Assembly: GCA_012295275.1 (NCBI GenBank)
Contig: CM022674.1
Span: forward strand, 9,052,001-9,116,000
Origin: Chrysomallon squamiferum
Taxonomy: Eukaryota > Animalia > Mollusca
DNA length: 64,000 bases
Direction: 5' to 3'
Shown: in pieces, positions 54,001 through 64,000 of the stretch
Numbering within the stretch: position 1 is the stretch's first letter
Layout: every line of letters begins with the position of its first letter
Position numbers and translations under genes: made by a program
The notes under the pieces: generated by a model
What the model was told of the DNA's origin: nothing
The model's input: the letters and a program-made list of their open reading frames with translations, nothing else
The model's database searches: none

Positions 54001-54513
54001 AAGACCTACCTTGGTTATGGTTATGGTTGTGATTGTGGTTATGGTTGTGGTTGTGGCTATGACTGTTGAGCAGTGGACGTCCATCCCGAATAAAATCTGA
54101 AAAGGAAAACAAAATAATGTTTATCACAAAAGATTGTATACTGATAATGTCATTGATATAATTTGAACTGATGTTTATGACAAACACTAAACATATATAC
54201 TCATAATGTTATTGATATAATTTCAACTGATTTTTTTTTAACACAAAACACTGTACATATGTATTGATAATATCAATGATATAATTTCAGCTGATTTTTT
54301 TTATCACAAAACACTGTTATTGTTATAATCTTAATTGATGTTTATCATAAAACACTGTAAACAACAACTGAGATATGTACTTTCTTGTTTGCTTGTGTAT
54401 CCATGTGTACATGCATGTATGTTGTATATTTATTTGATATAAAATATTTACACTGGGAGTTGAAACCTGCTTAACCAATCCATGAACTAATATTTTTATT
54501 ATCACAAGTGATC

Positions 54514-54570
<57 letters not shown>

Positions 54571-54765
54571 CATACACACATTCTCTCTTTCTCACACAGT
54601 CCATACACACACACACACACACACACAAAAAAAATCACTATCAAATTTGTTAGTCCATGAAGTGATGAAGCAGGTTTTTGTGTTTTGTGTAATCATTACA
54701 TAACAAATTTATGTTTGACACGTAATACTAAAATGAGCAGATCTGACTCTCAACATTCATTTATC

Positions 54766-54831
<66 letters not shown>

Positions 54832-57800
54832 GAGCATATAATGTATGAGCACACAAAGAAACTAATGACAGAACAGTCTAGCAATCTCTTTTAACTGATA
54901 ATTTTAAACACAAAATTTGTAGACAGAAGACTAGTCTGTTAGCTGTTCAGAGCTTTGTCTGTCTCTTTGTCTAGTTAACAATTTATCTATATATAATATA
55001 GCTGAATAACTTGTATTTTATTTTTCTTGTGACATAAAACACAAAATATTTACCTTTCCTTGGCCAGGGAAGACCACTCAAATCTAAAAAAAAAAAACAC
55101 CAAAAAACCCCCGTAAATAAAAATAAAATTGGTAAAACAAATAATATTGTTTTCTCATTTTAATGGATTGCATGTCAACCTAATCTGTATTACATGGCAT
55201 ACTTTAATACATGTTTCAAAATAGTCACTGTTGCTAATGAGATACGAGAGATATCTGACAGCTGTAATAAACGGAGGATATTAAACCTGCCTCACATGGA
55301 ATACTCAGCTCTATTACACATTTCAGTCTTGCAGTGCTGTACAGTGTCAACACTTTCACTATGATTGTCTCATTCTTACTTTTTAAAACATTTTCCCCTT
55401 TTTTTCATCAAATTTGTCAACTCATTTCCTTTTTCTTAAAAACGAAAAAGAAAACGATTTGACAAATTTGATGAAGACAAAGATAATAAAATACTGATTA
55501 CACATCAGAGGGGATATTTATTGTTACCCTGAGAATATGTGCCAACAGTCAGAGGGTTAATTCTTTTCCACAGATCCATTTTTATCCCATTTGTAACTTT
55601 TTCTCAAGTAATTATGCTCTCTTGCCAAAACTGCTTGATACACATTACATGCAAGATATTTTAGAAAGGAAATGAATTTTGTCAAAAAGTAGTTGTTGGC
55701 CTTGAGGACACTGCAGTTTTTGCAAATTTTTAATTTTTAATTTTTTTTTTAATTAACCCTTGATCATGAAGTTTTAAAAATAAAATGTTTTTTTAATTGG
55801 ATTTAAATTGCATCTTTTCAGATCATTAATTTCTAAAGACATTTAAACAAACAGCAGTCTGTTAATTTTCTGTACAAAGCTAAAATTATTTTGAACTAAA
55901 AAGTATTTTGTATTATTAATATTCAAACACATTATAAATTTCATATTGATAAATCAATGTTTCCAAAAAAAAAGAATATATTTTGTGTTTTAATAAAGAA
56001 TAAATATTTTTGAGTTCAATTTTTAAAGCATTAAAAACAAGTGATTTTCATATCAGTATCTCAGTATTATGTTTTTATTTCTAGAAAAATATCATTTAAT
56101 GTGAGATTTAATGTAAAATAAAATTTCAGTGCCTAACAGTGGGTTTTTTCTAATTAATTAAACTGTCATTTTTTTTATTTTTTTTATTTTTTTTTATTTC
56201 TTACATAGCATGAATACCAGTTATAATTTTTAAATTCACGAAAAAAAAGAGAAAAAAACAAAGAATAAAAAAATAAATAAAAAATAAAAATGCTTAAGAT
56301 TAATTAAGTTTGATTTGTGAAAAGTTAAAAATTACATTATATCGAACATATAATCACTGTTAATATGGATGAAAGTGTCTTTGTGCCTAATTGGATTACT
56401 CAATACAGAAACATGACTTATCAAACTTGAGGTATGTTCTGTTTGACAGCACCAACTATTTATACCCTTCAATTCATATTGATCTGTTTGCTGCAAGCAT
56501 TAGTAAACATATCAGATGTATTTCATGTTACATGTATAGGTACATACAAGGTATGATGAATAACTTTTCTGGTGTACACTAAAATCAATATGATTGATCC
56601 GTGCCTCCAGAGAAACAAATCAGTGAGGAAGAATGTTTACCTAATGACACGACAGTGTGACAACAGCAGTCAAACTGTGTCACAGATAATTAACTGTCTG
56701 TGTGTGAATTTCAGGGCTCATCAGTAATATAAAAAAAGTTCTAATGTAAAGTGAATAAACTGAAACAGGTTCTCAGATAACTGTCACTATTATTTTATCA
56801 ACTACAATTGACTTATAACCAATGATAATTTTAAAAATTAATAATAATAATAATAATAATAAAAAAATAAATATATATATTTTGAAGTAATAAGAATTCA
56901 TTTTAATTACAATTTCATGATGTGATATACTAATATTTATTTATATAAAACTAAGTAAAAAGATATAAAAATGAAAATCACATTCACATTTGTCCAACTC
57001 ACTGTGGTCGGCAGTACTGTGGTTGCTAGTTTTCCATTTGTAGTAGTCTGAAAACAGATAAAACAAATCATTACACAGATGAATGAGTTCATACTGACTG
57101 ATCAGAAAAACAGATAAATCAGAAATTTACTGAATCTTCTAACTTTGTATTGACTTAGATACATTAATACTTACTCATATTTTACTAGTTTACTATATAT
57201 CTTTTATCTTTCTAGTGCCTGAGATACATAGTTACTGATATTTTACTAATATTATTTATTTAGTAAATTTGTATTGAATGCTGAATGAAGAAGCTTAGTA
57301 CATTAAATTCTATCATTTTAATTGTTATTTATTAGGTAGATTGAGTTCATGTTGCACAATATTTTTTATTCTTTAAATATAAATTAAAATAAATCATATT
57401 ATTAATGTTACCTACACCAGGAAATTTCATGTTATATTTGTATAAATGTTTTTATATTTAACTAATTAATTTAGAGAGTATGAAAAAAGGAAAATAAAAT
57501 CATTTTTCTTCATTTTATGTTTGTCATTCCAATTTATAATGTCAATACAAAAACATATTTTACTTTTTCAATATTAATTAAATTTTTTTAACATTTATTA
57601 TTCTGAATTATTTTTTAATTTTATCAGCACTGTGGATGAAGAAGTGACAGACAGTAGCTAATTATTGCAATGACTCAATCAGGAAGTCAGTGTACTGTGA
57701 CAGTCTTTCAGGTGTAACTAATTTATGAAAGTCAATTAGTTCAAGAACACCTGTCCTGAACAACACCAACTAATAAACATAACTATCCTAGAATAAAACA

Positions 57801-60764
57801 CCTCAAAAATTTATTTTACTTTTCAACACAGAATTACATAATTACAGAATTACATGTCACACAAAATCACATATACACATATATTTTCGTTATACAGATA
57901 AACATACACATACAAGTTACTTAAATTATTACCAGATTAACTTTAGTTGCTTTTATTTATGTATTTTTAGAATTTTTAACTCAAAAATAATTCAAAAAGT
58001 AACAACAGTCTATTTATAGACAAGAACAATAATTGCTTCTTTTTATTATCTTTTTTTTTCAGGATTTACTTATTCTGTGACATTACTACACTTTTCTAAA
58101 TATTCTGAACTAATTTTAATTCTTTTTAAGTTTATTTTCATATCAAGCAGTGCATATCTTCATTCTAGTCTGTATTTCCCAAACACAACAATCAGTAAAC
58201 TAAGATTCTCTTGTAGACAGATATTGGAAAAGATGTTCACTGAATGAACATTTTAAATGGATTTTCACTTCTGCTACAACATGAGAATCTATAGAAGGCA
58301 AAATGGTGCTTGCTGAAAACTCATCAATAATATTCAGTACAAAATAACTGCATCACTTTTACCTCCTCCTCTCTTTTATATTTCGCACACACCCCAGCCC
58401 TTCTTGATTTATCCACCCCCAATTCTAACATAATAATGTCTCAGTTTTCCTTTCTTTTCTTCAGCACACAATGCTTCCTGCTTGTCTTCATGTTAACGTG
58501 GAAAGAATATTGATTTTAAAAAATGGCTTAAATGAGTTTTTGCATTAACACTGCCTGCATTTTGTTCAATCTGCATTGATTTTTTAAAACTAATTCCTTC
58601 AACTGTGCCTAATACAGTAACACCCCACAGCACAGAAGCAAGAATGAAATAAGAGGCAGAAAATGTGATAACATACTTGAAATTACCTCTTACCAAATTA
58701 CATAAGCCATTGTCACTGTTGGGTAACTGATATTACTCAGTTATACATCTTTTCTTGTCACTAAATTAATTAAAGTTTGTGTGACAGTGCATCAGCCTGT
58801 CACCTGTTTATTTTCAGAACCTCATCTCCTGAAGCCTGGTCACTGGTTATACATTATCATTAAACAATTTGATAAAATTATTTATAGGAATTTAGGATTA
58901 TTTGTTATTACATAACATAATGATATTACAATTGTTAATAATTACTGAAATTATCACATTATGACAAAAAAAAAAAAAAATAAGGCATTATATTTTTTCT
59001 GTATTTTATAATAACAGACATTAGAAAATATTAAATTAAATTAAATTGGATTGGTTAGTGTTAAAACACTATTAGTAAAAATATTATTAAATTGTATTTA
59101 AATAATAAAATCTTTTTGATATCACAATTGGCTATCTTGATTAGAATATGAGGAAATAACAAACATTTAGCTCAGACATGAGAAATATATGACAACATTA
59201 TGCACTAGTAGAAACCAAAAGTTTATCAAAAAAAAATACATGTCATTTTCTATTAAACTATAAAAAAACAACCACATGTAATCTGAATGCTAATTATCCA
59301 CAACAAAAAAATAATTACGATATCACTAACTAATACAACAACATACTTATTATAAATGAGTAATGTGTATTTAAATTAATGTGAAAGGCTAAGATAGGCA
59401 AAAATGCATCAAGAAATTAAATCTGCATTAAAATTTTACCGACAAAATTAATTTGTTTGACATTTAATTGACTAATTCCATTCACTGTTGTAATTTTCTA
59501 TATAAAAAAATGTCTACTATTTACAGAATTAGCCATAACATGTAAATGACTATACACATTATCAACATTATTTGTAATATTACATATCATTAGACTGTCT
59601 TAAAAGTTTTGTTTTTAAAAGCTTTTCTGATTTTAAAATACAATAATAATAAAATGTTTATTAAAAATAAGATACTATAAAATAATACGATGTGATAGCT
59701 GCTGAAATCCCAATTACTCTAATATGACAGAGCTGTGATGATGTATTGGATTACTAGATGGACACTTTAATGGTTACAGACTGTATGAGATCATGCTGAT
59801 CTTTAACCAGTGGCCAGAGCACAAGCAAAAAATATACTGAACAAACCAGTGTCCTTGAATCAATAAAATGTTAAATAAACAAACAACAATGATTTCAGTA
59901 AAACAGATTACTGAATAAACGTGGCTTGTTAACATTAATTAAACAGTATATACAGTAAACATGTTAAACTAGTAAATAACATAAATATTGTACTGAATAT
60001 ATTACATATAATGAAAACACTGAATAACTAAATACTCCATAAGTATGTATGATCTATACAGCTCCCTGAATAAAACTGTTAATTATATAGTGTACAGAAT
60101 AAAGTTGTTAATTATAGAGTTCCCTGAATAAATTTGTTAATTAAATAGTTCACAGAATAAAAATTGTAATTATATAATGCACTGAATAAATGTATTAATT
60201 AAACAGTTCATAGAATAAAATTGTTAATTATATAGTGCACTGAATAAATCTGTTAATTAAACAGTGCACTGAATAATTATTGTTAATTAAACAGTTCACT
60301 GAATTAAACTGTTAATTATACAGTGCATTGAATAAAATTATTAATTATACAGGGTACAAAATAAAATTGTTACTTAAACAGTGCACTGAATAAATTTGTT
60401 AATTAAACAATGAATGTAATTCCAACTCAGTGACATTATTTAAACTGTGTAATAAATAACAGTATCACAACAAATATGTAATTAGATAAACACAAGCATA
60501 AATATATTGACTTATGGCACAGACAAACTATATTGCTTTCCTCTGCTAAGGCTATTTTTAAATTATATATAATAATTCTACACAGGTGCATCAAATAATT
60601 ACTAGTGTGCACTTAAATTAGTGTTAGTAAGTGAAAGAACACACACAAAAAATAAGCAACTCACACAAGACAACAAAATAAATAAATAAATAAATAAAAC
60701 AGAATAAAAATAATAAAAATAATTTATATATATATATATATATATATATGTATCTTAGTGTATA

Positions 60765-60800
<36 letters not shown>

Positions 60801-60824
60801 TGTATGTATGTGTATGTGTATATG

Positions 60825-60855
<31 letters not shown>

Positions 60856-60998
60856 AGATATAGATAGAGATAGATATAGATAGATAGATATGAGAAGAAA
60901 AACAATAATAAATAATAATAATAAAAAAATGACAAATAACTGCAAAATATGCTAATGAAAATACAACTTACCAAAATAGCCAGTATCCCACATGGCAC
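47075..60998 (-). CDS. rn: C2H2 zinc-finger transcription factor, rotund/squeeze/dati/LIN-29/ZNF362-384 family; join(60998-60972,57047-57003,55083-55054,54096-54010,50984-50749,48025-47075); 5' end may extend upstream
   Basis: Six fingers include the family signature [68 protein letters not shown].H and KHLKTHIC..CGKSYTQETYL, plus C-terminal LLSLQHIKNYA. The product is 456 aa from the ATG at 60993. Exact paralogue identity is not resolved. Confidence 0.88.
50285..50748 (-). repeat. 27-bp (distally 29-bp) minisatellite starting at a splice donor
   Basis: Minus-strand unit TAGTGTAAACATTTTTATTATCCACAT, about 16 copies. Confidence 0.95.
50749..50984 (-). CDS. rn: Zinc-finger gene exon (poly-G, PLVVPQPVKP, start of finger 1)
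   Basis: ttttgacag|CT...YQCKMCDQ, CAG|gtaaag; splices in frame to complete finger 1. Confidence 0.94.
54010..54096 (-). CDS. rn: Zinc-finger gene 87-nt exon with (HN)7
   Basis: ccttttcag|AT...AAG|gtaggt; phase 1-1; DFIRDGRPLLNSHSHNHNHNHNHNHNHNQ. Confidence 0.85.
54115..54362. repeat. Degenerate ~60-bp tandem repeat (about 4 copies)
   Basis: Recurring TTGATATAATTTCAACTGAT...TTATCACAAAACACTG directly next to the acceptor of the (HN)7 exon. Confidence 0.75.
55054..55083 (-). CDS. rn: Zinc-finger gene 30-nt microexon
   Basis: Long poly-T then ag|ATTTGAGTGGTCTTCCCTGGCCAAGGAAAG|gtaaat; phase 1-1; LSGLPWPRK. Confidence 0.78.
57003..57047 (-). CDS. rn: Zinc-finger gene 45-nt microexon
   Basis: ctgttttcag|AC...CACA|gtgagt; phase 1-1; DYYKWKTSNHSTADH. 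Confidence 0.78.
60066..60410. repeat. 29-bp minisatellite, ~12 diverged copies
   Basis: Consensus CTGAATAAATCTGTTAATTAAACAGTGCA. Confidence 0.9.
60972..60998 (-). CDS. rn: Zinc-finger gene 27-nt microexon (contains candidate ATG at 60993)
   Basis: tttatttcaag|GTGCCATGTGGGATACTGGCTATTTTG|gtaagt; phase 1-1; AMWDTGYF. Confidence 0.68.
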
Positions 60999-63900
60999 CT
61001 TGAAATAAATAGAAAGATTGTTTTAAAATCACATGCACTGTTTTCATATTCAGATCTTATTATATTTAAGTGATTAAAATTTTTAAAAATGTTAAATCCA
61101 CAAAATAAGATTTTAATAATTTATCAGGATTTATTAAACAAACAAAAAATTAAAATTAAAATTAAAAAAGGTGAAAAATACATTCTTAAGTAATCTAGTA
61201 AATGTTATTACATTACTTATAGTTTAATGCTTTCTGTTTCAAAATATTTCTGTGGTATCTGCTAGATAATATACATTTCTCTCTCTATCATATAAAAATA
61301 TAATTATTCTTAATCATAAATGAAACCATTATAGCTTTACTAACATAGAAACCTTTGTTGGTATAATATATTTATCATCATTATTATCATTTTATTTTTT
61401 TGTTTTTAAACAGACTTCAATGGATAATCAAAAATAGTAAATAAGTAAGGTAACATATATTCATTTGAGTTTTTAATCTCATGAATTTACTTTTGCAATT
61501 AACTAAATTTTGACTCTAACTGAAACTGTGTAAGTTTAGACACATTACTCAGAAAACATTTCCTCAGTTTTCATTTATTCCCTTGACAACAAATAATATC
61601 CCATGGTTTCTATTCAATACTTGTTGTCAAGGAAATATACCACTAATAGCAAAGAATAGCAGAATAAAGTAATATAATTATATACTAATTATAAAAAAAA
61701 ATATATATATTTATATCATAACAGTGTTTAGTGAAAGAAACTGAAAAAAAGAGATCATTTTTATAGTCAAATGATATTTGATTTTAAAAAGAAAGGATAC
61801 TGGTAATAAATAAATACACATACTTGTTTGTGCACACAACCACACATACAACTATAACTAATAAATGTACACTGAGGCATACATTAACATTAACATTTTT
61901 CTCATTTAAGTAATGCATATTAAAATAAAAATACTGAAAAAACCCCAACAAAAAACAAAACAATATGCTGTTTCTTTTTTCTATTTTTTTGGTTGTTCAT
62001 TACAACCATTCATATATATTTATTTAAATTTACACCTATTGCAATATTTAAATGCAACCTAACAATTATTTTTGTTTTTAAATTACAATTTGTGACAGAG
62101 TCTAAACAGCAGGTAACATTAATTTGTTTAGCAGACACTAGAGAAAAAACACAATCACAGAGGAAACACACAAACTGTTACAAATACAGTAATTATTTTT
62201 ATTGTGATGTTCAAATTTAATTTAAAAAACATCTTTAATATTTCTATAAATAGAATACTTGTGTCCACTAACAACAAAATACTTCCTTTTTCATAAATTC
62301 CTCCCTTCAGATAGACTCTACCACAACAAATATTTGACTACTTGCACAGACAGAGGTGCACTGGTTTGGCTATCAATATGTACATAGCAATCTATTGTTG
62401 GGCTTGCTTTCCATGCAAAATATATATAAAGTTAACCTGTATACATCTTTGTGTTTGCCAAGTCCATCGCTTCCCTGACAGGACTCAAACTGTAAATTTA
62501 CAATGCACTTAGCACATATACACTCCATAATTAGGACTCTATAACTTAAGGAATGTCTGAATGGGAAAAAAGAAAATCTTTTTTCTATTGTTTATCTTTT
62601 TTCAACTCTTATTTTTCTTCCCCCATGTTTAATAACTTTTTTTTTTTAAACTTGCTTTTATATTTACATATGTTAATTCTATGTCAGTTGTCTGTCAAGT
62701 TTTAAATTTAAATTTTACCCTTTTTTTTTCTTTTTTAATTAAACCCCCCAACAAAATCTATCATAAACATCAGGATTTTTTATATCATATGATGTCAAAA
62801 TGTTAATGATAGTTTTTAATGATAATAACAGATGTTCAAAAAATCAATCAGGATTTGTTTTTTTGTTTTTTTAAATTTTATTACCATTTAATTTTTTTAA
62901 CATCTTTTTTTTTCTTCTCTTACTCAGACTTTGGTTAATACATCTATGACTTCAATACAGCAAATTTTGTTTTATTAAGTCAAAAAAAGAAAATTATTCA
63001 AGTACAGTCTAGTATATTGGCTTCTGGCACAATACTTCTTAGTTTTCTTGTCTTACCAACAGGAAGGTGCACATAAAATATCTGTTCTGCTAATCAGTAA
63101 TTATATTCTGTGGAAGTACTGCAGCAGCCTTCAGTATGAGAAGTCTATTACTGAAATATGTTGATAAAAATTATTCAAAAATATTTTATGTTCTTTTTTA
63201 AAATGTTTGAAAAAAACAACATAAAACATTTTTTAATATTTTAACTTAATTCTAACTTGAATGAAATCCTTGACTTTAAAAATAATGACCAATTGACTTG
63301 TTTCATGCAAAGTTTTTACAATTTATTGTCTTTTGTAGACATTAGAAAGTATATTTTTTATTTAAACATCTGATACAATTCAAAATAATTAAACAGATAA
63401 ATAAATAAATGAGTAAATGTATTAACTCTAAATACCAGACATTCTAACTCATTTCAAAAGAAAAAGAAACAACAAAAAACAAAGTGAAAAAAAAAAAGAA
63501 AATTAAAAAATTATTTTTCTTTCAAAATAAACCATGTTAAAAAAATGTGACATAGATGTTTGTTACTGGGTTTATATCAGTAAATGCATAAGGTCACATA
63601 AAAACACACTTGAACTAACACACATGGACACACATCAAAAATAATAATAAATTAAAATGTGAAAGAAAAAAGCTTTTGATGATAATTATAACTATGTATA
63701 GCAATAATAACAATAACTGAAAAAAAAAAGTTCGGAACAGTTGACTGATATAAACATTATTGTGTAATATGGATTAACAAAAATAATGTGTGTGTGTGTG
63801 ATTATATATTCTGCAATGATATAATTAGTTTTCACGTGGCTGTAGTTGAGCACAGTATGTGTTACTGTGACACAATAAGATGTTACTGAGATGCATGCAC

Positions 63901-64000
63901 ACACCCACACCCACACACACACACACACCAAAAAGTTTCAGCAAGCTATTTTCATAACCAACTGACAAACCATGTGTACAGTGTTCTGTCAAACAGAAAT

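Noticed and set aside
58363-58424. Candidate 62-nt minus-strand exon
   Set aside because: Not a multiple of 3, phase-incompatible with neighbouring exons, and the acceptor is weak.
63057-63086. Candidate 30-nt phase-1 microexon (QIFYVHLPV) upstream of 60998
   Set aside because: Good donor (G|gtaaga) and open frame, but no polypyrimidine tract. It cannot be supported without RNA data.

Overview
AT-rich, intron-rich animal genomic DNA, probably a lophotrochozoan such as a mollusc (inferred from gene content, not proven). I reconstructed three spliced genes by hand. (1) Minus strand, ~1.5-4.9 kb: a 119-aa secreted peptide with a signal peptide and two tandem 6-Cys modules. It resembles oyster cvSI-type protease inhibitors and CS-alpha-beta defensins, and the ORF track shows only a fragment of it. 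(2) Plus strand, 9903-36466: a 13-exon DUR3-like urea active transporter (sodium:solute symporter family). It has a Cys/His-rich loop insertion, an apparent 1-nt frameshift in exon 12, and about 25 tandem decoy copies of the exon-3 splice acceptor. (3) Minus strand, 47075 to at least 60998: a 6-finger C2H2 factor of the rotund/squeeze/dati/LIN-29/ZNF362-384 family. Its N-terminus is built from symmetric phase-1 short exons (27, 45, 30, 87 nt), a minisatellite starts at one splice donor, and the 3' UTR is probably ~7.5 kb. The window also holds nested MITEs, MULE and Tc1 remnants, a foldback hairpin, a higher-order ACGT-rich repeat between the divergent promoters, and many microsatellites. No rRNA, tRNA or CRISPR was seen.
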